Counted from the stretch's first letter, positions 34,892-48,134 are shown. The stretch is 64,000 nt of DNA from Blepharisma stoltei ATCC 30299 (GCA_965603825.1 CBFDEM010000035.1:620001-684000), one strand, 5' to 3'. Made by a program: numbers and translations. The notes: generated from the sequence alone by a model not told the origin.

Positions 34892-35126
34892 CTATTTGAA
34901 ATTTCTTTGTAAAATATGAATAATTTTCTTAATTCCCACAAAATATTTTGCAGCTTCATCATCATTGGTATGCCAAAAATTATTTTTCAATAAATTATCA
35001 TAAAATAATTAAGCCTAAAGTTTCTATAATACTCCTAATAAAGACATTGACTAAATTTTTCGTTAAAATCTAAATATTTTTTCTGAATTTATCTGTTGTT
35101 TCATTATAATTTAATTAGACTTCAAA

Positions 35127-38006
35127 ATGTTTCAGCCTTACGAACCCCCTAAGAAGAAAGGCTCAGAAGAAGCCAAAGGAAACCTACAGCAGCTGATGGA
35201 AGCCAGAAAGTTCACAAAGGCATGCACAGCTATTCAAGCTCTATTAAGGTCTCGTAATGCTAAAGATACTGTATCAGAATTGGCTATCACTAAAGCTCAA
35301 AGCAAAATTTCTGATATAAAGAAGCTTAAATTGATGCTAGGAGACAAGCTAAAAGTTTTACCTTTAAAAAATCTTAAAGAATTGATCAATCTGGCAATTA
35401 TGACAAAAAGATGGGAAGTATTTTGGGAATTAAGAGATTGGATAGAAGCAAGCTACAATTGCCAACAACCTGATTTTAATATTTTTGGGTCAAAAAATAA
35501 TTGAAATTTGATTGTGAATGTCGGAGTCTGGCTTGCCAGAGCTTTTCAAAACGAAGAATCAGCAGGGAAATTTATTCTCGCCTTCTTCGAAGTTCCTAGG
35601 TTTGAAATCCCTTCTTTTCACATGTTCCTGCTATACTCTCAGCTAGTTTGTGACGAAAATCTGCTAAAAAGCTGCAAAAAACACTTAGAAATAAAAACTT
35701 TACTCGCTTCAGACAATAAAATTACCAAAGATATTCAAATCCTCCTCCACCTAACTTTATTATCAAACTTGCTTTATTATCAAATAAACATAGAAGAATT
35801 AAGCCAGTCTGATAGGAGCCTAATTTATGATCATTTTGTGGACATTCAAGGGTTCATTGTAGAACATGTTTTGTCAATACCAAGAATGTCGAAATTTATA
35901 TTGCAAGATCCTTATTGCAATTCTGTGAAATGGAAAGAAATGATTCAGTCTTATTATTATGGGCAGCTTTTGACGAGAAATACGCTAGGATATGACGAAA
36001 AAGAAATTTATTTATTTGCCAATTTGTGAGAACTTTTTTCAGCAAAATTATTTAGCTCGATGAGTCCTTCGGAAATGGCACCTTTATTGATGACGTGCGC
36101 TAAAGCTGTAACAAAATTGACCCCAAGGCTGCTAGAGTCCGATTCTTCTGCCTGTATAAGTGAACCAACTAATCTAAAAGTCCTTAGGAAGCAGCTATCA
36201 ATTTTTACAGACCCAAACAAGCTTTCTTCAATTTTCTTAAAAGTTTTTGATCACGGGCATGATGAATTTACTGATCAGTTTAACCCAAGTGTGGCCCAAG
36301 ATTTGTGCCAAATTTATAACACATTCTTAGAGAAATGCCAGACTAGCAAAGAAGCTCAATTTGTGGTGACAGGGATTATGGGCGGGATTGCTTTTAATAA
36401 AAAAGTTCTATATAGGATTTGGAAATTCATTCAGCTCTTTTGTGATGTCAATGTGTTTTTAAACCCAGATAGCTTGGCATCTACAAATAGGAACCCTGAA
36501 TTTTATAAGTTCAGCCCTGCTTTATCATTATTTTGCTGCTCTTATCAAAGCTTGCTCTTAATTGTGGATGATGCTGAGTTTCCATATATTTTTGATGAAG
36601 GAGAGCTTATTTATTTCACTGATTTTATAATTCAGCTTGTCCATGCAGGACTTCTACATCAAGACTTAAACCCTGTGGCTGAAAACCTTGTATCAAGTGC
36701 CTGTAAAGTCTTAAAACTTCTCCATGAATTCAACTCGTCCAAACACTTTTTCGAAGAAGCTCAATTTCAGCTCCCCCATAATCAATTAAACGAGCTTATA
36801 GATAAAATGACTGAGGACTCTAAAATTTTAAGCCCAATAATTCAAAGATTCCCATTTTGTTTGCCATTCACAGTTAGGGCTGAGATTCTATCAATGAATA
36901 TTGCTCAGACTAAGGAATTGTATATGGCTGCTCCATCTACAAGAATAGTGGTAAGAAGAGAAAACCTAATGGTCGACAGTATTGCACAGATTATTAACGT
37001 CCCTGATATCAGAGGGAAATTAGAAGTGATTTTCGTTAATGCGCTAGGGACTGTAGAAGAAGGAATTGATGCAGGTGGGCTATTTAAAGAATATTGAACT
37101 TCACTTAGCGCAGAAGCTTTTAACCCTCAATATGGGCTCTTTAGTGTCACTTCAGACCAATGCTTGTATCCAAATCCTGCTTCTGAGCTCTTCTTTGGGA
37201 AAGAGCATTTAGGGATGTTTTTCTTGGTAGGGAGAATATTAGGAAAAGCAATATATGAAAGGATCACTGTCGAGCCTAAATTCGCAGAATTCTTTTTGAG
37301 GAAAATGGTAGGAAAATACAACTTTTTAGAAGACCTGAAAAGCCTCGACAAAGAAGTATACCAAAATTTGAAATTTTTGAAAAATTACCAAGGCAACGCT
37401 GAAGACTTATCCCTTAATTTCGTCGTCACAAATGTCGATGGCTCAGAAGTTGAGCTAATTCCAAAAGGTCGCGACAAGTCAGTCACAAATGATAATAAGC
37501 TTCAGTATATTTACAAGCTTGCTGATTACCGATTAAATGTTCAGATTAAAGACCAATGCTCAGCAATATTTAAAGGATTGAGTGAATTAATACCTTCAAG
37601 CTGACTGTCTATGTTTACTCCAAGCGAGATGCAAATAATCATTTCTGGGACAACGGAAAAAATTGATATAGAAGACTTAAAAATTCATACACGCTATATT
37701 GACTGCTCGCACAGAGACTCTTTTGTGAAGTATTTCTGGCAAGCTTTGGAGTCTTTTTCTTCTGAAGAACTTTCTCTTTTATTAAGATTTGTGACTAGCT
37801 GCCCTAGGCCACCTTTGTTTGGGTTTAAGAATTTATATCCACCATTTACTATAAGTAAAGTGCCTATTGATAGAGATGATGAAAAACTGCCCACTGCACA
37901 AACGTGTGTAAATACACTGAGGCTACCTACATATACGAGCGTAAAAAGAACAAAAGAAAAGCTATTGTACTCAATTAAATCAGGGGCTGGGTTTGAGTTT
38001 CGTTAA
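35127..38006 (+). CDS. HECT E3 ubiquitin ligase, UBE3B/UBE3C (Hul5/UPL6-7) type (959 aa)
   Basis: N-terminal IQ-like motif; EEGIDAGGLFKEY, LLRFVTSCPRPPLFGF and catalytic LPTAQTCVNTLRLP. Five track ORFs are in frame. Confidence 0.93.
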
Positions 38007-38178
38007 AAATACCCTAAAATTAATATTAAAAATATATAAAATTTGTTTTATGATACTAATAAATATAAAATTTCGCTTTTTTGGCAAGAATTATTATTGA
38101 AAATCATAAGAAAAATGAATTTATATTTTAGCAAGAATTTTGACAAAAATTAACTTTAACAAAGTTAGTACAAGCCAA

Positions 38179-39180
38179 TTAATACAAGTTCATTGGACTA
38201 GGATCATCTGATGCCTCAATCAAGTTCAATTCTTCATTGGTGTCCCTTGATAACGCTTGTCCTAAATCTGTCATTGCTCTTCCTACTCTGTCGATAACTG
38301 GCGCTATATAAATTTTCAAATTTTCTAACTCATTTTTCATCTGTTCTTGCTGATCTCCTATATTGTGAACATTAAAAAATTGACCAATTTGTTGAAAAGT
38401 ATTTAAGGACTGTTTTATAACTGAGTATTTTTCCATGAAATTTTTCACAATATCTACATAAATACTTGTCTGAAGAGTCATTGTAGAAATATCCTCATTT
38501 CCTGATTTCCTTATCACAGGAGGATTTGACGGGACTGGAGACTGTATTCCTAACCCACTAGCCTGTCTTGTCTTTGATCTAAAGGGCATTATTCTTGGCG
38601 ATTCTGCATTAATTCACTCATCTCATCTGTCAGGCCAGCCATTATAATGCACCAGAACTCTTGTTCCTGACCTTGTTGTCCTCAGTTGTAAAATCTGTGC
38701 ATCGAGCCATTGGTTTACAGTATCCAGCACATCAACCCATTGTCCTTCTCTAAGCACCCTCCTGCTTACTCCTTGGTCGTTGTTATAATTCCTTATCAAA
38801 TCATCAATCACATACAAATTTTGCCTTAAAACCTCTGCTATTTGGTCATTGCTTAAGGCTCTTCTAGGTATTCGTGGCCTTCTCTGAGACCTTAAGTTGT
38901 TTAAAAGTGACAGCTGGGCAAGGGCGACTATAGGGTCTTCGTCTCTTTGAACGTTCCCTACTAAATAGATGGTCTCGTTGTTGGAGATGCCAATTTCTTC
39001 AAGACTTTCTTCGTCTTTGAGAAGGTATCCTTGGAAAATAAGTCTTTGGCGGTGGACTGGGATGCCTACGCGCAGATTAATGAAATATTTGATTTCCGTC
39101 ACCCTAGCTAGAGAAGTGATTGATAATAGCAGTTCTTGTGAGTCAAGAGTTCGTATTATGATATTTAAGAATTCGCCCAT
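38179..39180 (-). CDS. Ubiquitin-like domain + Tudor/chromo-barrel domain protein (333 aa)
   Basis: UBL (IPVHRQRLIFQGYLLKDEESLEEIGI); GQWVDVLD..NQWLDAQI...LVHYNGWPDR[W]DE[W], with both Trp encoded by TGA. Confidence 0.85.
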
Positions 39181-39269
39181 TTTGGTTTACTTATGAAAAA
39201 ACACTTATTTTTAAGCTAATTTTGTAATTTTGAAAAATTTACCGATAAAAGCTAATCTTTAAGTTATTA

Positions 39270-40049
39270 TTATTCTTGGTTGGCGTCCTTAGTTGTATGA
39301 TTGTGATGACGATGATGGTGATGGTGCTCGTGTTCCACTTCAAATCGGTTATCTGAGGCCATTCTGTCTGATTCTGCGCCTTTAGTTGTCATTGGGAATT
39401 CGCCTTCAGGCTCATGTAGCCGCTGTTTTTTCGCAGCTAGATATACAAGGGTATGGAGTAAAGCGACAAATGGGATGAATAAAACACAAGCCAAAGAGAT
39501 AGCTGGGCCTTCTTTTCCACAAACTCTAGCTTGGCTTTGTCCATGATTCCATGTTATGCTTTTGCAGTCCTCGTCCCAGTACATGATGGCAAGTCCTGAC
39601 CAAATGACTAAGGCGAAGAAGTGCCAGGCCAACACGTTCCAAATGAAGACTACTGAAAGCCAGAGGGCTCGTGTTTCTCGACACATGTCTAAAATTAGGA
39701 TAAAAATCGTGGCTGAGATGAAAAACAGTGAAATTGTCTCGAAAAGAATGTAAATTACTCCACCCGCCCAAAGACTGTGCCACATCTCACAGAGCCCATC
39801 TTGTCCAGTGACTGAGCCATCGTTGCAGCGGTCCCATCTGTTTGAATAAGGCAGTGCGTCTGAAAAGTAGTTTGAGTCAGGCGTTGGACCCAATAAGCCT
39901 CCTTCCCAATCAGTTTCTGGCTCATCTCCTTGTTTAAACCATCTAGTAACCCCTAAGGATGCGAGTTCTAGAGCCATTACCATCAAAAGCAAAAGGATAT
40001 GGAAAACCCACCAGAATCCTGTCCTCATGCAGCATACAGTTATTGCCAT
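39270..40049 (-). CDS. Claudin/PMP22-like tetraspan protein with a His-rich tail (259 aa)
   Basis: TM1-W...WEGGLL...C...C-TM2-TM3-TM4 layout; tail HEHHHHHRHHNH. Confidence 0.75.
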   Translation of the reverse strand: MAITVCCMRTGFWWVFHILLLLMVMALELASLGVTRWFKQGDEPETDWEGGLLGPTPDSNYFSDALPYSNRWDRCNDGSVTGQDGLCEMWHSLWAGGVIYILFETISLFFISATIFILILDMCRETRALWLSVVFIWNVLAWHFFALVIWSGLAIMYWDEDCKSITWNHGQSQARVCGKEGPAISLACVLFIPFVALLHTLVYLAAKKQRLHEPEGEFPMTTKGAESDRMASDNRFEVEHEHHHHHRHHNHTTKDANQE

Positions 40050-40161
40050 AATTAAAAATTTATATGATTTGCCAATTATTTAATAAATTTTTTCGCTAGT
40101 TTTTAGTATATTATTGGAAAAAACAATATTTTTATGATTTCAGCGTAAATGAAGTCATTAA

Positions 40162-40632
40162 TTAAATCCCAACTTTGTTTGGTGGCTGATAACCTTGTGT
40201 TTGGCCCATAAATGTTGGCTCCATGCTATATCCTTCTGGCTGCTGCATCTGCTGAGTTTTCAATCCACCAAAAGTAATTGTAGCAATCCCCGAAATTAAA
40301 AATGTGATCCCTGCTGCAATTCCTATTCCACTCATTTCTGAGCCAAAACAAAAAGTGGAAATCATGATATAAAAGACTCCTTTTCCTAATGTTTGGGATA
40401 GGAATGGGAAGATCTGGAGGATATAGTTTTCTAGGATATAAGGAGAAATTTCGCCTGCCACTACAATGATTGAACAGATTCTGAATAAATGTTACATAAG
40501 GTAAAAACATACAAGAGTTGGTGTATAAGATCCTACTTCAAAAATATTTGTGACACCAGTTAAAAATACTAGGAGACCAGAAAAAACTATGAAAACTTTG
40601 AGAAGGACTTCTTTATTGTTCAACAGACCCAT
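40162..40632 (-). CDS. COPI-associated / Tvp15-like Golgi membrane protein (151 aa, 1 intron)
   Basis: FPFL...GKGVFYIMIS motif with four hydrophobic segments; intron 40481-40495. Confidence 0.75.
40481..40495 (-). other. 15-nt spliceosomal intron
   Basis: GTAACATTTATTCAG; removes an in-frame TAA. Confidence 0.88.
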
Positions 40633-40802
40633 ATTTTATTTCTTATTCAGAAATGAATTTTAGGATAAATAATGAAAGACAAAGATTTTTGGAAATTTTA
40701 TTGAAAATATTATATTTTTCTTTTAAAGATTATATTATGAAAATAGGAAATAGTTGTGCTAGAATGGTATTTTATACGATTGATTAGGATTAACCTAAAA
40801 AT

Positions 40803-43667
40803 CTAATTCAGAATTTGATTTAAAACTAGCATTTCCTCTTCTGTCAGTATTTCACAAGCTTGAGAGTGTATATCTGGGTAACTTATAGAAACATTCAAGA
40901 AAGTGTTTTTAAGATGTTCTCTTAATTCAAGACTTTCTATTGGTGAATCGTATAAATCAGAAAACACAATATCTTCATCTTCTCAATCATCAGATTCTTC
41001 GTCCATTTTTGTGTCTTCTTCTTCTTCCTCCTCCTCAGGTCTCTCATCCATCACAACATCTTCATCAATATTTTTTCATAACTCCAGAATCTTTTTCAGC
41101 AATTCTGGCATTTTTTCACTAAAAAAAGAAGGTAATTCTTTAAAAGTCACGATTATCGATGATAATCCTAAAATTGCATATCTTTTGGCCAAACTTTCCT
41201 GGTACTGCTTGAGGTCTCCAAAGCAAAATTTCCAGATATTTTTTAATATATTGGTATTTTGTAAGGTCTGGATAGTTACTATAGGATTATTCCATAATGA
41301 AATACAAATAACTTCAGAAGCCTTAGCTTTTATAATTTTATTGACTGAAAATCCATACAAGTTGGAAACTTGATTAATAATTGTAGGGATATGTTGATCT
41401 AAAGAGCCTTTAAGATTTTCTAAAAGAACAATCAGGACTTTGCAGCCTGTCAATAAAATATTGCTCTCCTCATTTTTATTTTTTGATAGACCAAGACCTA
41501 TTGAAAGAAATATATCAAGATTTGTTGCAGTGAGTAATGGATATTTTGATATAAAATTTGCTATAGGAGAAAAAAACTCAACGCTGTTATACAGTCCACA
41601 TGGCTGGATATTCCCTTCTCCCAGTAAATAAGTTCTTATACACCTGGCAAATGGAAACAGATGTGGCAAAAAGTTATTTGGTGATGAATAAAGTAACCTT
41701 GCCAGCAAAATTGCTGCTTCATGTATAAAATCTTCTAAATACTCATTAAAGCAATAATTAAAAACCGGCACTAGTAAATGTGATGCAGCTAATAACTCTT
41801 GTGGCTTGTTTTCAAGATAACTAACGAGCTTATCAATAATTTTCAAAATTGATGCCCCCATAAGAAAGCCTTCATCCTCATTTATGCTGTCTATATTTTT
41901 TGTTATTTTTAAGAAAAATTGAAGCAAATACTTAATAAGTTCAGCGGCATAATCTGTAACTTCAGCTTGAAATTTTTCTACAATTACTCCTAAAGCATCA
42001 ATAAGCTCTTCATTATCAACTTGGCTCATAAGCTTTAGATAAACTTCAATTATATTTCTGGAGTAGCCTGATAGCTTTTCATTAGGAATTCTTCAGTCTA
42101 AGGTTCTAGGAAATGCAAGGGCTGCTTCAAATCTTACAGGAAGGTCTGGATCTAGCATCATTTGTGAGATTTTTTCAAATCCTAAGAGCTGAGTTTCTAG
42201 GTCTGCTGTTAAAAATGAAGAAAATTGTGCGAAAACCCAACAAGCAATTGCTCTAAGAAATCCTATTCTACTGCTAAATTCAGGTAGCACATATATGATA
42301 AGTAAATTTTTGATACTTTCTGATAAGTCTTTTTTTTCCTTTAAGATTCGGGAAATAGATCCTAGTGCATATAGAATTGCTTCTTTATGGAATATTTGAG
42401 GATTCGACTGTAGTTCTACACTAGTATAGTCTAAAAATAATTGCAGATTACCTTTTTCGCAAATTATTTCTAAAAGGCTAATTGCAGAATTTTTTATATA
42501 GCAAATACTATTTGCAAAGTTTTTTTCTTTTCTTAGGAATTCAGCAGGATTTTCTTGCCAGGCTAGCTCGTCTGATCTAGTTCGGTATAAAACTGAAATA
42601 ATTACATCAGAAATCAAGGCTGGAACAGCTAGTTTTCCATTAGGTGTAGGAGGCATTTTTATTATGTTTTCAGCATTTTTTAATTTAAGGGCTCTTATCA
42701 CACACTCCAATAAATACGTAGTCACCTTCTCTGGTATGTAGCATGCTGGCTTCTTATATAATAAGGCTAAAACTGCTGATAATAATGGATTTGCTCAGTG
42801 GCTCTCAAAATGGTTACCTGCCGATTTACTAATACCTTTGTCAGCCATAAAATAGCGTGCAAAAAATCTACTTAAAAGTTGTGCAATTTTTTTTTTGCAT
42901 ACCCAATTTGGGTGCAAATCTCTTGACTTAGCATCCTCTTCATTTTCAGCTTGTGTTTCTAGGCTTCCCAAGCTGCTTTCTAATATATTTTTTAATTTCC
43001 CAAGCCATAAATCTAGCTGCTGAACTATTGAAAAGCTCAGTGGATATTCTATCTTAAAACTAGTCCAGTATATTTTGAGTATTAATAAAATGTACCAATA
43101 AGCGTCTGCATTACTGTCATTTAGAAAGGCCTCTAAAAATTTATCTAATTTTCCAAGAGTTCTATCAATAAGTGCTTCAAAGCATTTCCTACTCTCCCTC
43201 GTTTGATACTGATAAACTTTGGCGACTTGATGAATTAAAGTAAGTCCAGCATAGACTTGGTCAACATCTGACTCTAAAGCCTCATCAATTTGTTGAAAGA
43301 TTCCTTCTCATGGGAAATCTACTCTAATTATTTGGTAAGCAATTTCTTTAAATTGAGATCTGATCTGATTAGGAATAGAAAACTTTAAGCATTTTATAAC
43401 ATTAGTTCGTAAAAATGTTTTGTCAGCTTGTGGGAGAGGAAATTCTCGTTTTGAGTCTTCTCAGATTTTAGATAAGTTTTTAATATAGGTTGCAGCTAGC
43501 TGTCTAATTTCAATAGGATTGTCGCTTAAAAAAATACTCATGAGTTTAGGGATAAGACCTTCAATTGATGTTTGGATTGAGGAAATTAATGCTTGAACGT
43601 TTTGATTAGGCTCATTATCTAACTGTAAACTTGCTTTAAAGGCTTCTATAATTATTGCTTCATCCAT
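40803..43667 (-). CDS. Importin-7/8 (Nmd5/SAD2)-like karyopherin (954 aa)
   Basis: IRQLAATYIKN..[W], DFP[W], WQENPAEF, GFLRAIACW, LPVRFEAALA and an acidic C-terminal patch; all segments in one frame. Confidence 0.88.
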
Positions 43668-43690
43668 TAATTTATTAATATACTGAAGAT

Positions 43691-44404
43691 ATGATAAATT
43701 GCCTGAATAAAAAAATTGAAAAGAAAACCATGGAATTTCATGAGAAAAAACAACAAATTTTGAAGGAAATCCAGATGAAACATGAAAATATTTCAAAAAT
43801 TTTGAAAGAAAATGAAAAAGTGGGAGCGAAGATAAAAAGTCTTGCTGCTATGGAGGGTCTTAAAGAAGGTTATAACAATGATCTTACTAAAAAATTAAAT
43901 AAATTGCAAAGATGTTCAGATAAACTTAATGAGGAAATTATTATTGCCAACTCTTCAATAGTCGAGTATGAAGCTAAGCATAAAATTTTACAGTACAAAA
44001 TAAAAGAAATTACTGATAAGGAATCACAATTGCAAAGTATGAAGCAAAATAAAATTGAAAAATCAAATAAATTAAAAGAAGAAATTTTTGAGAAACAAAT
44101 ACATGTAGATAAGATTAAGCGAAGTAACAAAATATTAAAAAATAAAATAGAAAAACTGAAGGTTGAGTGTAGCTCATTAGATAAAGAGATAAAAAAGGCT
44201 TACATTGAAGATCTAAGCAGGAATCCACTATTAGAACATTCTAAGGACCCCTATAAATTCCTTAGAATGGCTGTTAACGCTCAATCTCAAGAAATTAAAG
44301 AACTTCAAGCTCAGATACAAAAATACAAAAACCAAGAAATCTATATAAGCCCAAACAGCTCTGAATCGATATCCCGCAAAGATTGCCATTGTGTAATACA
44401 ATAA
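43691..44404 (+). CDS. Coiled-coil protein ending in a CaaX motif (CHCVIQ)
   Basis: Heptad K/E-rich sequence; start could instead be ATG 43730. Confidence 0.75.
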   Translation: MINCLNKKIEKKTMEFHEKKQQILKEIQMKHENISKILKENEKVGAKIKSLAAMEGLKEGYNNDLTKKLNKLQRCSDKLNEEIIIANSSIVEYEAKHKILQYKIKEITDKESQLQSMKQNKIEKSNKLKEEIFEKQIHVDKIKRSNKILKNKIEKLKVECSSLDKEIKKAYIEDLSRNPLLEHSKDPYKFLRMAVNAQSQEIKELQAQIQKYKNQEIYISPNSSESISRKDCHCVIQ

Positions 44405-44428
44405 TAACGTATTTAATATTTTAAAAAA

Positions 44429-45559
44429 ATGAAGCTCGACTATAATATTTCTACTCTGCTAAATAATCTGGATGATTTCCAGATATTTGAAAATGTTTAT
44501 TTAAGTGATCTTTTGATGATAGATCTAGGGCTTGACATCAAGGTTCATTTCGCAATCGCTTATTTAAAGTAAATTATATTTAGGTCAAAAAAATCCAAAT
44601 GCAAGATTTTTACAAAAATTGACGATTTTAATAATTATCCAAAGCAAGCTGTAGCGCTATTAGACGATTGAACTGTATGCTACAACAATGAGACCGTAAT
44701 TTTGGTATTTAAAACAGGGATCGGCAATTCTGATAGAAGCTTGAATTTCCATGACAAATTCGCAAAAGTTACAATTATTGATCCAAGTTTATGAGGAAAC
44801 TATAAAATATCATATATAAGCACATATATTTGCTGGAGTATTATAACAAATAAAATAAATAAAAAAAACAAATGTGATATAGAAAGTATGATAAAAGACT
44901 TATTCAGGTGAGTTCATTTGAATTCCAAGATAAAAACAGAAAAAATATTATCATCGTTAAAAGCTGCAAAAGAATTTATATCTCAAAATAAAATGAATTT
45001 TGGAGCAAACTCGGAAGTTGCTACTATATCATATAGGCCTGAACCAAAGTGCATTATCAATTTGTTATATATTTCTGAGAAAGAAGACCATTCTTTGATA
45101 GAGACTTCCATAATAGATAGCATTGAAAAGTATTCAGACATGCCTTTTACCTTTCAAACAATGAGCGACTCCTTAGGGTTTTCGTGTCTTTCTTGCTCTA
45201 GTTTCATAGACGAATCTTCTACCACTCACATTTTCCTGAATAATTTCTTAAAAGATGAGCTTTCCTATTCCCGCAGAAGTCCCAAGAAGCTTTGTTCAGA
45301 AACTGTCGAAACTGAAAGAATGTGCACAATCCCTGAATCCCTAAATCTTTCCTTAAAAACAGATGACTCCACTTATCCTCATGAAACTGACTACCGAGAC
45401 CACTCAGAAAAGCTCCCAACTATCCTCTTTGACTCCTTCAACATCTCCAACGTCTCTTCTCTCCACAATCTCTCCCCTATAAACCCTTCCGCCTTCGAAG
45501 AATCTTCTTTCTACACTACCCGGTCTGATTGTAAATGCAATGAATGTAATTTATTTTAA
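44429..45559 (+). CDS. Hypothetical protein ending in a Cys cluster/CaaX-like motif (371 aa, 1 intron)
   Basis: Open with TGA=Trp after removing 44569-44583; ends CKCNECNLF*. Confidence 0.7.
44569..44583 (+). other. 15-nt spliceosomal intron
   Basis: GTAAATTATATTTAG; removes an in-frame TAA. Confidence 0.85.
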
Positions 45560-45590
45560 AGAAAATCCTTATTAATTCGAAATATTTAAA

Positions 45591-45998
45591 ATGGTCGCAC
45601 CAAAGCCGGACATAAACCCTGACTGGAGAAATGAGGATTTTTTGCCCGTTTCTATACCTGTATTGGGAGCACATTTTGAGGTACAAAGAGCAGCTTGGGT
45701 TGTAGAAAGTGGGGAAAGCAAGTCTAAAGAATCTCAAATTAGGAATAATTATAAGAGGGAAGAGCTTAGGCAAGGATTTCTTATGCATTTACTTACTGAT
45801 AAAGAAGTGAAGCTTATGAGAGTGAGGAAAGAAATTGCAATGATATTAAAAGAGCACGAAGGGATATTGGATATGCAAGGCTTTCCAGTTAAAGAGCTGT
45901 TAGCTCAAACTGATGTGGAGAGGCTGCTAAAAGAAGAAGATATTGGAGAAATTGGTAAAACAACTACAGAAATTTTTAAAGAAAAAATTTTAAGCTAA
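45591..45998 (+). CDS. Hypothetical protein (135 aa)
   Basis: Clean ATG-TAA ORF with AT-rich start context; family not recognised. Confidence 0.7.
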   Translation: MVAPKPDINPDWRNEDFLPVSIPVLGAHFEVQRAAWVVESGESKSKESQIRNNYKREELRQGFLMHLLTDKEVKLMRVRKEIAMILKEHEGILDMQGFPVKELLAQTDVERLLKEEDIGEIGKTTTEIFKEKILS

Positions 45999-46006
45999 TT
46001 TTATAA

Positions 46007-47563
46007 ATGCTAACACAAAAATGCATACTTGTTTTTCTAAACACCTCAGAGATTGCAAAACTGTACACTTTAAATAAAGAGCACCATACAAAATTAAGCG
46101 AGAATCATGAAATTAAAAAAAGCATATGAAGAGGAGACTTGCCTGAAGCCTCCCGAAAACATTTTTGGAAGCAGTGCTGCAAGATTAACAAGTAACTGAT
46201 AATTAGAGTAAAAACTGAAGTCAGAGGTATTTTAAACTACACTGATAATGCATCAAATATTTATTCTTATATACAAAATCAAGCAGAAGAAGACCCTAAG
46301 TTTTACACAGTAAAAAACGATATCAGCAAAGACCTTCCGAGAACTTATCTTGTGGCTAATTCACAAATAGACAAATCTCAGTTATCTAAAATTTTGATTG
46401 CTTTAGCTTATGTGAAACCGCATATAGGGTATTGTCAAGGACTTAATTTTATAGCTGCGATTATTTTGAAAGTTGTTCAAAATGAAGAAGATGCTTTTTA
46501 TGCTTTATTGGGAATAATAAAGTCTTGAAATTTGGAAAATATGTTTGTTTCAGGAGTTCCTGATCTTACGTTACGTGAATATCAAGTAAGCTATTACTTT
46601 AAAACGATGATTCCTGATTTATATGCTCATTTTCGCAGAATTAACTTTTCAAACGGCTTTTTTATATCAAGATGCATTTTAACAATTTTTTCAGCTGATC
46701 TCCCATTTGATACTCTTGTCAAAATCTGGGATTGCATTTTTATTGGGAATTGAAAAGTCATTGTTAGAACTGAGTGTGCTATATTAAGAGAGCTTAAGCC
46801 TATTTTTTTAGATTTAAATTTGGAAGAGATATCAATATACTTAAGAAATAACGTCAGGGAAAACCATTATGATTATAAATCATTATTAGCGAGCGCAAAA
46901 TCTTTTAAAATAAGCTTAAAAGAGCTGAAATATATTGAAGACGATTTCTATAAAGTCCAAAGTAGCTTAAAAATTGACTCAGACAACCAAACCTATTCAG
47001 AAAATGAGGATTTAGTTAAAGATATAAATGAAAGCGAAGGGGGAGAGCTAGATCAAGTTAAACAAGATATTGCAAGATTTCAAGAAAAAATAAAAAAGAT
47101 TGATGAAGACTATGAAACTGTTCAGCAACACTATTTAAGTGTCAGCATGGAAATGCAGTATGTAGAAAAAGATATCGCGTCTCTTTCTGAGAAAAAAATA
47201 GCCTACCTTCGTATTTATAAAGATATGGAAAATAAATACAAGCAGTCTCAAAATGGTATCTCAAAATATGTCCCTGATATTATGAGCAAAATATTTTTTT
47301 CAAAAAATGAAATATCTGAGGCAGATGAAATAAAACTTGCTGATATGAAAAAATATTATGAAAAAATGAAAATCATAGAAAAAGAACTAGAAGAACTAAA
47401 AATCTTGCAAAGAGAAAAGGTGAAATTTATATAGTTTTCGATTTATCAAGATGCATATTCCAGACTTGAAGACATTAAAGAGAAAAAACTCAGGTACTCT
47501 GAACAGCTCTGCAACTATTTGCTTAAATGCAAACAAAGCTCAGAAATTAGTGTAAATCCATAA
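46007..47563 (+). CDS. TBC-domain Rab GTPase-activating protein with a coiled-coil tail (508 aa, 2 introns)
   Basis: ISKDLPRT (R finger), GYCQGLNFIAA (Q finger) and KIWD motifs. Confidence 0.9.
46192..46206 (+). other. 15-nt spliceosomal intron
   Basis: GTAACTGATAATTAG; removes an in-frame TAA. Confidence 0.85.
47420..47434 (+). other. 15-nt spliceosomal intron
   Basis: GTGAAATTTATATAG; the coiled coil continues after removal. Confidence 0.8.
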
Positions 47564-47585
47564 TAATCAATTTTATTAATTATTT

Positions 47586-48134
47586 CTAAGCAAACAATAA
47601 ATTAATTGCTTGCTGAGGGTCATAATTCGACTTTTTCAAAGCTTCTCTGCACTTGGCTTCGTCAGTGAATCCACAGGAGTTCATAAGAATATCTAGTCCT
47701 TGAATCATTTTCTGCTCTTCTTCGGATATTCTGGCTCTTGGAGCAGCCTTCTTGCCCCTTGTTCCTCTCTGAGGAGGATCAGGTGATACTGATTTTTCCC
47801 CGATTTCTCGAGCTCTCATCATTGCTTTATTTTTTAAATCAGATATATCAGTAGACCTTTGTGAAAAGAGTTCTGATGTATCTTCAGTGTCTACTGGAGC
47901 TGAATAATCAACTGTTAAAAATAGTTCAAGAGAATCGCTAGTATTTACTCAAACATTGTAATTGAAATCAGTTACATCTGTTGAAAATTGATCTTTTAAT
48001 CTAAGGCCAGACTTCCCAGCTCTGAAGGTCCTTGCAAGGTTATCGATAATTTCAGTGTAGTCGTTTGGTGCTTGAAGCCATTTAATTCTGCCAATAGGAG
48101 ATTGTATTAGAAGCTCTTTGGCAAGAGAAACCAT
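47586..48134 (-). CDS. Small protein with a C-terminal UBA domain (182 aa)
   Basis: CGFTDEAKCREALKKSNYDPQQAINLLF; two track ORFs joined by TGA. Confidence 0.8.
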
